From IMG/VR virus record IMGVR_UViG_3300019479_000003: a stretch of DNA of 64,000 nucleotides, one strand, 5' to 3'. Shown piece by piece: positions 53,451-64,000 of the stretch; positions within the stretch are counted from its first letter, which is position 1, and each line of letters opens with the position of its first letter. Below the pieces are notes generated by a model. That model had not been told where the DNA came from and ran no database searches. It worked only from the letters and a program-made list of their open reading frames with translations. This DNA comes from a virus. The position numbers and the translations under genes are program-made.

Positions 53451-54578
53451 TTAGACAACGACCTTTTCCTTCTCATATCTTCTCGTCAAGCCGTGTTCAG
53501 CAATAAATTCCCTTATCCTCGCTTGCCTTGCACTTACGAGATTCTTATATTTTCGGATCAGTTCCTCGTCCCCTACTTCCTCGGCCAGTTTTAGGGCCCG
53601 TTTTGCCTTTCTGATTTGCCGTTCGTAATATCGCTGTTTTTGGGAAAGTTCATATCGTTTTTGGGCCTCTCTGATGTTGTATTGACGTTGATTATTCTCA
53701 TTGACGCCTTCAATGAACGGATAGAATTGATGACGGCAATTGATGCCGCGCAGGCCCCACGGCTGACCGTATCCAAATTCATACACGCTTGGATATTTCG
53801 GATTACTTGAAGGGTTGCTCAAAGATGCGACTTTTCCCTGAATATGCGAACATGCCGGTCGGGGATCCGGAACGCTGCTGACCAGCACCAGATCCACCCC
53901 GTATTCTTGCATTCGTGATGTTCTCAACTCATTGTATGTCCGGTTCACTGTTGTCCGGATGACCATGCTTGCGTAAGGTTCCAAGGACCATGTCCTTCCT
54001 GCCCTATCCACGAACCCTGTGTTCAGGCCCTTTTCTGCCCATCGGATGACGGTTTCGGCCATAGCCCGGTTGACCGTGGTCATCCCTGCCAAAACTTTTG
54101 CCGTCGTTTCTTCGATGATTCGGCGGTACATCCTGGCCACGGTCCCCTCGCCGAACGTGGTAGTGATCAGCGACTGATTCACAAAATTATCGAGTTCCCG
54201 GAAAACTTGCGAAGCATAAGCCGCCAAAATCACGTCCAATTGTGTCGGCTTTGGTAAAGGACTGAATATGCCCTTCAGTTCATTATCCACGCCGGCTATG
54301 GTTTGCTCTGCCACTTCCCGAATAATTCTCCGGATTTCTTTTTCAGCTTTCCCTGTTGCTTTAGCCAAGGCTTTGATGGTCCGTTCGTTTATCATCCTCA
54401 ACTCTTGCATCTTCTCGATTTGCCAATGCAAGACTTGATCACGACCGGCGTCATTCGTAGTTTTCAGACGCTGTGCGATCATTTCAAATATTTCATCTTC
54501 AAGTGCCCGATATATTTCGGCGATCGGGCCGATGACTTCATCAAAATGATCGGGAGTGATTTCGTTTTGGATCGCCAT
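53451..54578 (-). CDS. Minor capsid protein (copy 2)
   Basis: Identical to 16550-17677. Confidence 0.85.
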   Translation of the reverse strand: MAIQNEITPDHFDEVIGPIAEIYRALEDEIFEMIAQRLKTTNDAGRDQVLHWQIEKMQELRMINERTIKALAKATGKAEKEIRRIIREVAEQTIAGVDNELKGIFSPLPKPTQLDVILAAYASQVFRELDNFVNQSLITTTFGEGTVARMYRRIIEETTAKVLAGMTTVNRAMAETVIRWAEKGLNTGFVDRAGRTWSLEPYASMVIRTTVNRTYNELRTSRMQEYGVDLVLVSSVPDPRPACSHIQGKVASLSNPSSNPKYPSVYEFGYGQPWGLRGINCRHQFYPFIEGVNENNQRQYNIREAQKRYELSQKQRYYERQIRKAKRALKLAEEVGDEELIRKYKNLVSARQARIREFIAEHGLTRRYEKEKVVV

Positions 54579-54582
54579 CTAA

Positions 54583-56070
54583 TCACTCCCTTTGGCCAAA
54601 GAAGCTGACTTCATTTTGCAACTGTTCGAAGTCCGGGGAAGCCTGAAGATTTTCCTGTTGAATCTCCTGTAAAATTTGCAACGCTTCTTCTTCGGTAACC
54701 CCGTGTATCTTCATGATCGCGCGCTTTTTCGAGTTCAAACCCGAGGATACCAGCTTGATCTGCTGGTCAATCTCCGCGTTTTTGTCCTCGACCACCGAAT
54801 CATCGAAAGATACGGTCACCTCGTATTCTGTCGGACCGCTATAGAGCCCATAGAGTTGAGCGACCGCGATAATGGAATCGATGAGCTCTTTAATCCCTTC
54901 TTCGATGATGATTTCGTGTGATTTCATGGACTTGAATGTCTTGCTGTTCTCGCTGATGACTTCTGTTGCTGTTTTTACGGATTTCCCGTCAAAGCTGAAC
55001 GTCCCAGCACTGAATCCCGTTTGCATGGCCAGGAGATTCAAAAGGGCATTGATGGCGCTGATGTGTTCCTCAACGCGGAGTTCAACATTAACGTCAATGA
55101 GCTTACTTTCGTCCATTTCCACGTTAAAGGCCTCGTAAACTTCATCTGTTGCATCGAAATACCGTTTCGGTTGCCCGTCCAGCGGGTCAATGACCGTTTT
55201 CACCATCTGTGCCGGTACGATGATCCGCTTTTTCCCTAGACGGAATTCTCGATGGAAACTATCAAAAGCTGTGTCCAAGGCATGAATTGTATCTAGTGCA
55301 TTGGCAAAGATGCTGATACCCAAAGGGCTTTTTGTATCAATGTTGTTCGCTGTATTCGGCTTGAAGTACACGAACAGCGGTCTTTGTAAGCCGCTGATCC
55401 GGACTTCTTCCTCTAAATCCGGGAACAATGTGGAAAGGGCCACTTTCACTCCCAAATCAGTCCCGTTGGACTCATACAATTCGTTCCGGATCACATATTC
55501 CTTTTCATCCCACCGATGCCATTCCAAATGGGTATAGGTTTTCTGCCCTCTTTTGTATTCGCTGACGAATATCCCTTCGTCGATAGTGTCATTGTGCCAG
55601 GAAATCGGGATAAAGCAGTCCGCGGTGACGTAGGAAAGCCGGACTTTTCCGTCTTGAACAAACGGTTTGATCACCATACCGCCATAAGCAAACATGTATT
55701 CAATATAGTCCTGGAACTCTTTGTAAAACTTGTTATCTTTGAAAACTCCGTCAATGAAATCAGAAAGACTTTGGTCGCTAATGGATATTTCACACTTTTC
55801 GTCGAACACAAGCCCTGCCATTTCCGATGCGACCACTTTGGGCATCTGGAGCGTGTCCATTTTTCGGGTCTTCGGGCCCTCGATCGTATGGTATCTCACC
55901 TTATGCCACGGTTCGTAATATCCCTTGTAAAGTGCTTTCCAAACCTCAATGCTATCGTACATCTCGTTGCTGAGAGGCACGTCCTTCAGTTGTGAAAGGT
56001 TTTCGATGCCCTTCAAAATGCCCATTCGGTACATCACCTGCCTTATCTTGGCGATTAGGTTCCTGAACAT
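54583..56070 (-). CDS. Portal protein (copy 2)
   Basis: Identical to 17682-19169. Confidence 0.92.
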   Translation of the reverse strand: MFRNLIAKIRQVMYRMGILKGIENLSQLKDVPLSNEMYDSIEVWKALYKGYYEPWHKVRYHTIEGPKTRKMDTLQMPKVVASEMAGLVFDEKCEISISDQSLSDFIDGVFKDNKFYKEFQDYIEYMFAYGGMVIKPFVQDGKVRLSYVTADCFIPISWHNDTIDEGIFVSEYKRGQKTYTHLEWHRWDEKEYVIRNELYESNGTDLGVKVALSTLFPDLEEEVRISGLQRPLFVYFKPNTANNIDTKSPLGISIFANALDTIHALDTAFDSFHREFRLGKKRIIVPAQMVKTVIDPLDGQPKRYFDATDEVYEAFNVEMDESKLIDVNVELRVEEHISAINALLNLLAMQTGFSAGTFSFDGKSVKTATEVISENSKTFKSMKSHEIIIEEGIKELIDSIIAVAQLYGLYSGPTEYEVTVSFDDSVVEDKNAEIDQQIKLVSSGLNSKKRAIMKIHGVTEEEALQILQEIQQENLQASPDFEQLQNEVSFFGQRE

Positions 56071-56083
56071 GGTTGTCACCGCC

Positions 56084-57370
56084 TTAATTTACATATCGCT
56101 TGTAGAAATAGTTTGCCGAATATCGGAATTCATCCATAGCATGGTTCCATTCGTCGATCGGCTTCCCTTTTTCGTCCCTGGCATACATCCCAATTTCTTT
56201 GATGAAGTTGTAATGGTCATATTTGTCGGTTTCGATCAGGAAAAACTGTTCGTTGGTAATCAAGTTTTGGCAACGCTCGATACCGACCTCAATCCCCTTT
56301 TTTGTCCCTTGAATGTCATGAGAATTGTTATCGGCTGCCCTTGTGTAAATCCCTAGTAAATGCAATTCTTCTCTTAGCGATTTGCAGGCTGGATCCACAA
56401 ATACTTCCGTATAGCGCATCTGGAATTTTTCGACGCACCATTGGATGAATTCTTTGATTTCCCTGGCGTAGATGGACATAGCTTTCACTCGCCCGGTTTC
56501 ACGTCCAGAATGATAATAATGGGCCGCTCGGTTTAGGAAATATTTATATCGGCCATTCACTTGTTTTCGGGTAACGATGTTACAACTGCAACTCGTTGGA
56601 TCCGATTGGCCGCCATCTGCCACAAAGTACATTTCGATCGGTTCGCCCTGGAGCGTCGGTTTCATGTTTTTATCCATGTCGAACATGGAATAGATGACGC
56701 CCTCCGGAAGAACCCGTTTCCCATACCAGTCCCGATCAAGCAGGTATTTGTTCTTTTTCAACGTTTCGTAGATTTCTTTTTTCCGCTCTTCCGTAATGAT
56801 CGGGTTGTCCTGTATGGTCCAATGCAGCCAAAAAGTATCTTGAACATCAAATACCTTTTCGATGACCGGATGATTCGGAGGCGGAGGATTTAAGTCCGCC
56901 AGATGATAGCGGAACTTGGCCGCAAATGTACGCCGAAAACATTCCTGGATCATGTCCATATGAAGCAGGTTGATCTCACAAAAAACAACGGATCCAAGCG
57001 ACATCCCGGTGATGGCCTTCACACTGTCCGCTTTTCCTCCGCCCTTGTAATAGACTTTTTTCGCGCCGGTTGGTGTGTGAACTTCCAGGTAATCGCCCAA
57101 ATCATCGTGTTTGGTTTTACAAAAACCGTTAAAAATGTGCATTAGGCCCGTGCCATCGCCATCGATAAATAGACGATAAGCCTGCTCTTGGTTATATCCA
57201 ACAATCAGATGATTTTCATCGGGCGTATTGATCAAATACCGGGCATACCGAAAATGGCCTGCCGTTGTTTTCCCTGACCGCGGCGTTCCCTCGTTGACTT
57301 CCAATGTGTGCCGAAAAGGCATCTGAATGAATTTCTTCTGCTTCGGCGAGAATTCGACGAGCTTACTCAT
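56084..57370 (-). CDS. terL: Terminase large subunit (copy 2)
   Basis: Identical to 19183-20469. Confidence 0.93.
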   Translation of the reverse strand: MSKLVEFSPKQKKFIQMPFRHTLEVNEGTPRSGKTTAGHFRYARYLINTPDENHLIVGYNQEQAYRLFIDGDGTGLMHIFNGFCKTKHDDLGDYLEVHTPTGAKKVYYKGGGKADSVKAITGMSLGSVVFCEINLLHMDMIQECFRRTFAAKFRYHLADLNPPPPNHPVIEKVFDVQDTFWLHWTIQDNPIITEERKKEIYETLKKNKYLLDRDWYGKRVLPEGVIYSMFDMDKNMKPTLQGEPIEMYFVADGGQSDPTSCSCNIVTRKQVNGRYKYFLNRAAHYYHSGRETGRVKAMSIYAREIKEFIQWCVEKFQMRYTEVFVDPACKSLREELHLLGIYTRAADNNSHDIQGTKKGIEVGIERCQNLITNEQFFLIETDKYDHYNFIKEIGMYARDEKGKPIDEWNHAMDEFRYSANYFYKRYVN

Positions 57371-58100
57371 CGTCATTCACCGCCTTTATTAAGGCTTCCA
57401 TCAGCGAAGTATCTTTCTTCTCGCCCTTAAGCAGCTTGGCTTTTTCTTCGATGAGCTCGGTTTCTTTCTTCGCTTTTTCGATGCCGGCCTGGATTTGTTC
57501 AAGTTTCAAACGGCGTTCATCGTCCTCATTGGCCAATTCATTGAATTGCTTTATCAGTGACCGCAATTCCGACATGGCCCGGGATTGAGCATTTAAAAAG
57601 TTCGCCTGGCGATCCCAAGCGAACTGAAGTTCCCATTCTTTTTCAGAAAAATTCTCTCCGTTTTTGACTTTCCTTAATTCTTTAATAATTTCATCCTTCG
57701 ACTCAACAAACATGATTTGCTGTGCCCGAATGATAGCTGCATATTGGATCAGGATCTGGTCCCAAAGAATGTCCGGTGGGTCCTTTTTTTCTAGGGTTCC
57801 CATGATTTCCAGTGTTTCTTTGGGAATGTATTTGGAAAAGAACCCGTGCTTCCTTGCGTTTTGGTTCCCTTCCGGGGCCCCACCGTCATTCCCTAAAGCA
57901 TTCTTATTCCCATATGGCGCCCCGCGTTTTCTTTTTGTGTGCACACCCTTTTCTTTTGTATGCACACCATCACGGGACCATTTATATCGGGTTTTCCATG
58001 ACTTGACGGTGTTAATTGTAACCCCGTACTTTTCGGCAATCTCTTTGTACTTCATGCCTTTTAGGTAATCTTGATAAGCTAAATCCTTTTTGTTGGCCAC
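57363..58100 (-). CDS. terS: Terminase small subunit (copy 2)
   Basis: Identical to 20462-21199. Confidence 0.9.
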   Translation of the reverse strand: MANKKDLAYQDYLKGMKYKEIAEKYGVTINTVKSWKTRYKWSRDGVHTKEKGVHTKRKRGAPYGNKNALGNDGGAPEGNQNARKHGFFSKYIPKETLEIMGTLEKKDPPDILWDQILIQYAAIIRAQQIMFVESKDEIIKELRKVKNGENFSEKEWELQFAWDRQANFLNAQSRAMSELRSLIKQFNELANEDDERRLKLEQIQAGIEKAKKETELIEEKAKLLKGEKKDTSLMEALIKAVNDDE

Positions 58101-58171
58101 TACATTTCACCCACCTCCGCCGGCAAATTTATGTTGTTTCGTGCAAAAGAAAAAGCACCGCTAAGGGTGCT

Positions 58172-58537
58172 TTATTCTCCAATCCCTAACTTATTTTTAA
58201 TTTGTAATTTGGCAAATTCTTTTAAAACTTCAAAGGATACTTGTCCCAATTCCATACCTTTCGATTTAATGCCTTCTTTTATTTTATTCCAAATAGATTC
58301 ATTAGAGATAGCATCTAAGTAATCATTACCTTCCCAAGTCAAAGTTGGAACATCGTACAAGAGGGCTCCACCTTTAAATTCATTTAATCTAAAGTCTATT
58401 AAATCAGCCTGCTTCATAATTTTTAAATGGTATAAATATTTTTCATCCTCTTCTACTGCACTGTTGAATTCAGTCTTGCATTCCCCGTTAGCAATGTCCA
58501 ACAATAGCTTTCTTACAAAATCCATATCTCGACGCAT
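58172..58537 (-). CDS. DUF2513-family protein (copy 2)
   Basis: Identical to 21271-21636. Confidence 0.8.
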   Translation of the reverse strand: MRRDMDFVRKLLLDIANGECKTEFNSAVEEDEKYLYHLKIMKQADLIDFRLNEFKGGALLYDVPTLTWEGNDYLDAISNESIWNKIKEGIKSKGMELGQVSFEVLKEFAKLQIKNKLGIGE

Positions 58538-58588
58538 ATTTTTCACCTCCTTTCATCTACTGGATTCGACAAAAGGAGGCAAAATCCT

Positions 58589-59773
58589 TCAAACATAGTA
58601 AATTGCTTCCAATTCTTCTTCGTTGTATTGAAACAGCATAAACCGCTTATGATTCCCGATGAACCCGTTGTCCTTGTGCCACTGATCGGTCTTGTTTCGT
58701 GTAGCTAAAGTCCGAACCATCATTCCAAAGATGTCTTTTCCGTCCTCGCGGTGATAATGACCGGTATGAATCTCTCTCGTTTTGGCCTGGGCCCATTCAA
58801 GAGGGAATTCGACAGGGAAAATGTTGTGCAAATCCTTGCGGCCTTTGTCGCCGTGTGTGATGCCGATAAACACTTTCCCGAACGTATGGGTCTTCCTTTC
58901 TTCGAAACTGTCGTCCACCTCGGCATCCGGATATAAATGCTTGAGCATCTTCACGAACGCCCAAGCCAGGGATTCGTCATGATTCCCCTTTGAATACTTG
59001 ATGCATGTTTTGTTCGACCGTTCGATCGAAGCATCTATAATCGGGAAGAAAAACCTTTCCGCATCCTTCCACGCTTTTTCCATATCTACCTTTTCTATTT
59101 GCGTTCCGTTGGATGTCGTACCCCGATGATTGTCATTGTGGAACATGTCTTGGCCAATCACAAGCAGAATTTCTTCCCAATGTCGGCTATAAATCAAATC
59201 TAGGATTCTTTCTTGTGTTGGCTTATAATATTCATAATCGCTTATTGGAAAATGTTGATCGAACAACGGGATCTCCAATAAGCGTTTCGTATCGACCTCT
59301 CTATATGTGCGTTTTACTTTAAAAGGCTTAACGTTCGATATGGCTTCAATGAGCCGTTCGAGGTTAAGCCCTTCTTTTTTCGGTTTCACCGTGATCTTGC
59401 TGCTATACAATGTTTGGATGCCATCCTGTTTTGAATAGACGTTCCAAATGTTATTCCTGGCGCTGACGAGCTCCCACTCATTTACGTCAAATCCATGCGC
59501 CTTGAGCAGGAATTCCACATCTTTTGCTTGTTCCGAATTCATCCGGATCAGCTTGTCCGACTGGTGGCTGCCGTCTGGCAAAATCTCATGTGTTTCCTTG
59601 TATTCGATAGGCTTTTCTTTTTCAGGATACATCCGAAATCTCGCCCGACATTGCTCCGCGCGAAATCTTTTCCCGAATTTTTCCGTCATCAATTGCGCGA
59701 TATATTTCCACTGCGTCCCATGCTTCTGTACGAGTTCCAGCAGGTGGTTGTGTTCTTCGCTCGTCCACTTCAT
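58589..59773 (-). CDS. Myb-like plus metallophosphoesterase (copy 2)
   Basis: Identical to 21688-22872. Confidence 0.8.
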   Translation of the reverse strand: MKWTSEEHNHLLELVQKHGTQWKYIAQLMTEKFGKRFRAEQCRARFRMYPEKEKPIEYKETHEILPDGSHQSDKLIRMNSEQAKDVEFLLKAHGFDVNEWELVSARNNIWNVYSKQDGIQTLYSSKITVKPKKEGLNLERLIEAISNVKPFKVKRTYREVDTKRLLEIPLFDQHFPISDYEYYKPTQERILDLIYSRHWEEILLVIGQDMFHNDNHRGTTSNGTQIEKVDMEKAWKDAERFFFPIIDASIERSNKTCIKYSKGNHDESLAWAFVKMLKHLYPDAEVDDSFEERKTHTFGKVFIGITHGDKGRKDLHNIFPVEFPLEWAQAKTREIHTGHYHREDGKDIFGMMVRTLATRNKTDQWHKDNGFIGNHKRFMLFQYNEEELEAIYYV

Positions 59774-59983
59774 TCCCTCACCACTTTCCAAAAGAAAAAG
59801 CCACTCATCAACGATGAATGGCCAGTATGGTCCTACTTCCGGATCCGCAGCCGGTTTCAGACCGAATGAATTTTCTGAACCAGGAGCTTTTGGCCGCCCC
59901 GGTCCTACCTCCGATTTTACACTCAAATTTTTAAAATCAAAAATTCGTCAAGAACGTCAAGTTGGTCAAGTATGTCAAGTATA

Positions 59984-60427
59984 TCATCTACTCAAATACA
60001 TCTTGACCGCCAACTTCCGAACCGCTCGTTCTTTAATTTCAAACACCGCTTGTTTTGACATGCCAAGTATTTTCCCGATTTCACTAAAACTCATACGATC
60101 CATGCAACCTTCAATCACAATTCGTTCTTTTTCATCATCTAAACTTGCTACAGCTTCTTCCAAACGCTTTACGGTTTCGACGTATCTTTTGATGCGGTTT
60201 TCTTCTCTCATTTTCCTTTGCACCGCCCCGTATGTCGGGTCGCTCGTTTTTCCTTTTGGTTTCGGAAGAGAGGCTTCAATTCCATATTGCGCCGTCCCAC
60301 TTGTTATATATTCTTCTATGTCTTTTTGAGTAATTTGATTGGCCATCCAGTAGTAATTTTTGATATCTCGGTTCACTTTTCGGATCGCTTCAACGGTTGC
60401 CTCCACTACCTGGACCGTTGTGGTCAT
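59984..60427 (-). CDS. ArpU-family late activator (copy 2)
   Basis: Identical to 23083-23526. Confidence 0.8.
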   Translation of the reverse strand: MTTTVQVVEATVEAIRKVNRDIKNYYWMANQITQKDIEEYITSGTAQYGIEASLPKPKGKTSDPTYGAVQRKMREENRIKRYVETVKRLEEAVASLDDEKERIVIEGCMDRMSFSEIGKILGMSKQAVFEIKERAVRKLAVKMYLSR

Positions 60428-60841
60428 CTTTTCGCCCCTCCTTCGCCTTTTTCTCCGCCACCCAACCATAACCCCTCACACACCTCAAAAACGGGCATAG
60501 ACGGCCATCTACGAGCCAAATACAGCCTTTGCAGTAGCTGGTTTTGATGATGTTCTTCTTTCTCATTTTCCGACCCCCTTACAAAGAGAAAAGGGCACTC
60601 AATGACTTGTTAGTCATCAAGTGCCCCTCGGTTGTTCCGATAGGACGAATATTTATGCTTTAATTACCCTTAATAATCGCTTCTGCTTTTTCTTTACCAA
60701 TCTCGTTTAATTCAAAAATAGCTAATCCTCCATTGGTATCCTTGCAAAGCTGATTTAGCGCTTTGCTTAGATGGACTCTCCAATCTTTGGCGTCCGTTTG
60801 AAATTTCATGATAAAAGTGTGTTCCACTTTAAATTCCCCCT

Positions 60842-61021
60842 TCATTTCTTCGTATAATTAATTTCATACCGTTCCGGCCGTCCGTCTTGCCAATGGATTA
60901 TTTGTTTTCCAAAGCCAACGCCAGGTGTGTCAATCTTATCGATTTTTCCGTCCTTCACTCTATATACAGCATTTTCTAAAAGGCTTATCTCTGCTATCAT
61001 TTTCTCGGTATCTATTTTCAT
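60842..61021 (-). CDS. DUF3954-like protein (copy 2)
   Basis: Identical to 23941-24120. Confidence 0.65.
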   Translation of the reverse strand: MKIDTEKMIAEISLLENAVYRVKDGKIDKIDTPGVGFGKQIIHWQDGRPERYEINYTKK

Positions 61022-61087
61022 ATGGACCCCTCCCGTGCTAAAATTGAGATAGAACATGTGTTTCCGCCGGGAGTGGGCCCGGATTTT

Positions 61088-61357
61088 TTATTTTCGCTTC
61101 CGCATTTCAACAAGAGTCAATATCGCATACCCAGCCAAATCTCTGATTGAATCCTCAATGCTTTCATCCACTTTCGCATCTCTTTTCATCAAATTTTCAA
61201 TTCTACTCATTTTGTCATCCATCCGAATGATGCCGGACAAAAGCCCATACTTTTCAAACTGCTTCGAAAATGAATCGCCATAATCATGATTCTTTCGGAT
61301 TAGCAAATCCCTCACTTCATCACAAACCACTGAGATCAAATCAGCTTGTCCAACCAT
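61088..61357 (-). CDS. DUF1599 protein (copy 2)
   Basis: Identical to 24187-24456. Confidence 0.8.
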   Translation of the reverse strand: MVGQADLISVVCDEVRDLLIRKNHDYGDSFSKQFEKYGLLSGIIRMDDKMSRIENLMKRDAKVDESIEDSIRDLAGYAILTLVEMRKRK

Positions 61358-61518
61358 CTGACGATTCCCCTCACTATCTTCATGAATTGCTCACTTTATT
61401 TTTCCTCTTCCACTTCCAATTCACATGTCGAATACCTTTTGGTCGATCCTCCAAATCACATTTCGCACCCCAGCGAATCTTTTCCAGATCTTCTTTTGAT
61501 AAATAATAAGTTTTCACT

Positions 61519-61827
61519 TCACTGTGCAGACTCTTTTTCATCGCCAACCAACTCCAGGAATTTATTTAATTCCATTACTACAAGCCATGGCTTCCGGTCC
61601 ACTTTTATTGCTAACGCATCCGGTTTTTCCCGTTCGTCAAGGATCCAATCATATATCGTTTTGAATCCATCCTTGCGGGCCTTGACTTCCCACTTCAACC
61701 CGAGCCCCTGCACGTCATTTTCAAATCCCGTCTGCGCCCCGGAGAGAGGAATCCTACGTCCTTCAATCAGCTTCGCAAACTCCCTCTCCCGGCGATTCCC
61801 TTTCTGTTTCGACTTCTTCCCGCCCAT
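61519..61827 (-). CDS. Hjc-like resolvase (copy 2)
   Basis: Identical to 24618-24926. Confidence 0.75.
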   Translation of the reverse strand: MGGKKSKQKGNRREREFAKLIEGRRIPLSGAQTGFENDVQGLGLKWEVKARKDGFKTIYDWILDEREKPDALAIKVDRKPWLVVMELNKFLELVGDEKESAQ

Positions 61828-62474
61828 CAGTATCCTTCCTCTTGTCTCTTGAAATTCTCCTGATTCTTTTGAAGATAGGCTCCCTCTATCTCTTCCCATG
61901 TGAAGCCGAGCATTTGGCCTAATTCCAAATACAAGTCAAGAAGAATCGAGTAATGAACTCTATGAACGTTATATTCCGGAGTATCCTTGAAGCGATATTT
62001 TAAATCGTTTATGCATAAATCGAAAACCGATACCTGTTTAAAAACATCTTTAAACATATCAATTAGAGAATCTCTTCTAGGTACATTTCCAATTGTCAAA
62101 TTTTGATCACAGCCTATTTCAAGACCGATGCTCAGCAATAAATAGAGACCGTCCACGTATTTCTCGAGGAGTGGGTTGATAAAATAACTCCCCGCACCGT
62201 CGCATTGGTAGCAATCCACTCCCGATTCTTCAGGTATTCCTAACGGTGTTCCTGTTCCATCACATACGGTGCAAAATACTTCTTTTTCCATTCTCGGTTC
62301 TTGGTCATGGCTCCAAAATTTGAAAAATCTAGCCTCATTCGCCAGCTCCCCAAGCTCAACCAACAGGGCCAGAATCTTCTTCGCCAGCCGATCTTCGCCG
62401 GGTTGCCGGGGATGCTCTTGCTCAATTCGTTCATCCAGCTGGCGTTGTAATTGAAAAAGCTTAGCTAAATCCAT
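61827..62474 (-). CDS. dut: Dimeric dUTPase-family protein (copy 2)
   Basis: Identical to 24926-25573. Confidence 0.8.
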   Translation of the reverse strand: MDLAKLFQLQRQLDERIEQEHPRQPGEDRLAKKILALLVELGELANEARFFKFWSHDQEPRMEKEVFCTVCDGTGTPLGIPEESGVDCYQCDGAGSYFINPLLEKYVDGLYLLLSIGLEIGCDQNLTIGNVPRRDSLIDMFKDVFKQVSVFDLCINDLKYRFKDTPEYNVHRVHYSILLDLYLELGQMLGFTWEEIEGAYLQKNQENFKRQEEGY

Positions 62475-62517
62475 TCGTTCTCACCTCAACCATTGAACAT
62501 TTTCTTCGTGATGTGCA

Positions 62518-62769
62518 TTAATAATCCTCATCGTCTACTTTTTCGTCGTATTCCTCTTGGCTGATGCACTCGATTAAGTCAACGTCTATGTCAATCTGTT
62601 CCGCTAACATTTCTCTGAAAACTTCGTGTAACCTGTCATACTCGTCTTTGGTTAGGCTCTTATCCCCTGCTTTAATCTGCGTATAACAAGCGGCTTTTTC
62701 TCCTGTTTCAATGTCGTATGCAAGACCAGCTTCAGCAGAGATTCGAAAGCAAAATCTAGGTTCTAACAT
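62518..62769 (-). CDS. Hypothetical acidic protein (copy 2)
   Basis: Identical to 25617-25868. Confidence 0.65.
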   Translation of the reverse strand: MLEPRFCFRISAEAGLAYDIETGEKAACYTQIKAGDKSLTKDEYDRLHEVFREMLAEQIDIDVDLIECISQEEYDEKVDDEDY

Positions 62770-62829
62770 TCCCTTCCCCCCCCATGTTGAACATCATTGG
62801 TCTTATACACATCATCTACGTGATGTTCA

Positions 62830-63093
62830 TTAGTAGACTTCTTCTCTATACTCCCAATACGTTTCGTCCTCTCGTTCAAACTCATTTCCTTCTTCGTCAT
62901 AATCAATGACTTTTTCTCCTGTATCTCGCACATAGACTTGTTTTTCAATCTTTGCCAGAATTACTCTCTCATCTCCGTAAACTTCATCTTCCGGCTCATA
63001 AAACTTTTTCTGCTTCTCATACTCTTTTTCTGCTTATTCTCTCGTTCTAAAAATCCCACAAATTCCGTCCCCACCAGTACAAACAATCCACAT
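62830..63093 (-). pseudogene. Nonsense-interrupted gene (copy 2)
   Basis: Identical to 25929-26192. Confidence 0.65.
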
Positions 63094-63147
63094 GTCTCTT
63101 TCCTCCTTACATCATTGGTCTGCTGCCCCTTGTCTACGAAATGCGTA

Positions 63148-63387
63148 TTAACCCCAATGACCGTTTTTCTTCAATATTTCTACAATTTCGTGTGCATAAG
63201 GTTCATCTGTATTAATAACAATGTAATTATTAAAAGGTGGTTTCCCATCCATTTTGCGGCCATTTTCAATCCAATCAGCAACTTGATTAAGTTTGACTCT
63301 AAATTCTTCTCGCAAAAGAGCAGGAACATATTGTCGAAAGTCTCTCTCATTAATAACAGTAAATCTCCGTTCCTTATAAGTGTTCAT
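63148..63387 (-). CDS. Hypothetical protein (copy 2)
   Basis: Identical to 26247-26486. Confidence 0.7.
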   Translation of the reverse strand: MNTYKERRFTVINERDFRQYVPALLREEFRVKLNQVADWIENGRKMDGKPPFNNYIVINTDEPYAHEIVEILKKNGHWG

Positions 63388-63650
63388 TCTTCTTCACACC
63401 CCAACGCTTTCCTCGCCAATTCCCCCTCGTCCTTCATAACTTCCGAAGGATGGTACCATTCATGATTTCGCGGATCAGCATAAAACTTCAAAACACTTTC
63501 ATACCTGCCTGCCTTTTCTGCTTGCTCAATCAACCATTCCAGCGTATTCAATCGCTTTTGATACAATTTTTCATCTTTAGCCAGCCCGGCAAGTTTTTTG
63601 ATTTCTTCCAACCACTCCCGGGCCTCGGCTAGGTATTCGCGGTCAGTCAT
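63384..63650 (-). CDS. Hypothetical protein (copy 2)
   Basis: Identical to 26483-26749. Confidence 0.7.
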   Translation of the reverse strand: MTDREYLAEAREWLEEIKKLAGLAKDEKLYQKRLNTLEWLIEQAEKAGRYESVLKFYADPRNHEWYHPSEVMKDEGELARKALGCEEE

Positions 63651-63972
63651 CTCCTTCCACCTCCACACCTACCGCTTTGAGAGCGGCTAGACAAATTTGC
63701 AAACAAAAGCCTTCTCCTTCGGCAAAATATACTCCATCATTGTGGTGAATAGATATCAAGTAAGAATCTTTTGTTTTCTGAATATCTACCAAGTCGAATT
63801 TTTGTAGAACCATAAATGTGTTCTTGATATCTTCCGTTGGGCGAAAATTTATGTGCCAAAACCCCTTTTCATCCCTAAATCCATATCTATCTATCTTTTC
63901 GATATATTCCCATTTCCAACCCATCACCCTTTCGGCGACAAGGCGATCGATTTCATGATTGTTCATTTCCAT
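63643..63972 (-). CDS. Phage ABA-sandwich-like protein (copy 2)
   Basis: Identical to 26742-27071. Confidence 0.65.
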   Translation of the reverse strand: MEMNNHEIDRLVAERVMGWKWEYIEKIDRYGFRDEKGFWHINFRPTEDIKNTFMVLQKFDLVDIQKTKDSYLISIHHNDGVYFAEGEGFCLQICLAALKAVGVEVEGDD

Positions 63973-64000
63973 TCGCCTCCTTTCGTTGGCATTATTCCGT

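Larger units (their letters stand above)
36902..64000. repeat. Second head-to-tail copy of positions 1-27099 (offset +36901)
   Basis: 36902 begins ttgtgatcggatccaggcgg, as position 1 does; all track ORFs recur with identical translation at +36901. Confidence 0.98.

Overview
The window holds 1.73 head-to-tail copies of one 36,901-bp temperate siphophage genome of a Bacillaceae host. Position 36902 restarts position 1, and every ORF in 1-27099 recurs at +36901. No host DNA is present, and an intact attP (3' half of tRNA-Val-GAC with integrase arm repeats) joins the integrase to the lysis-side accessory region. This is therefore the circular/extrachromosomal form, either a concatemer or an unrolled circular assembly. 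Minus strand: an early operon (cro, xis-like, YqaJ/RecT, initiator, DnaC-like loader, dUTPase, Hjc-like resolvase, ArpU-type late activator) followed by a Listeria A118-like late operon (terS/terL, portal, minor head, scaffold, capsid, connectors, tail, tape measure, enlarged Dit, Tal-S74, holins, amidase-SPOR endolysin). Plus strand: ImmR/ImmA-type immunity genes, a lipoprotein, a tyrosine integrase and an accessory operon. Best leads, all inferences: (1) an RHH-led, palindrome-operated, strongly promoted three-gene accessory operon between endolysin and attP, built like an anti-CRISPR/anti-defence locus, with an internal acidic ORF and an antisense mini-RNA in its leader; (2) a Myb/SANT-like domain fused to a metallophosphoesterase as the first late gene, behind a structured, terminated late leader; (3) a set of antisense promoter-terminator micro-units in the early operon; (4) a dimeric dUTPase with a DnaJ-type Zn-finger insert and an altered metal-binding motif. 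Family assignments come from recognising motifs by eye; no database searches were run.
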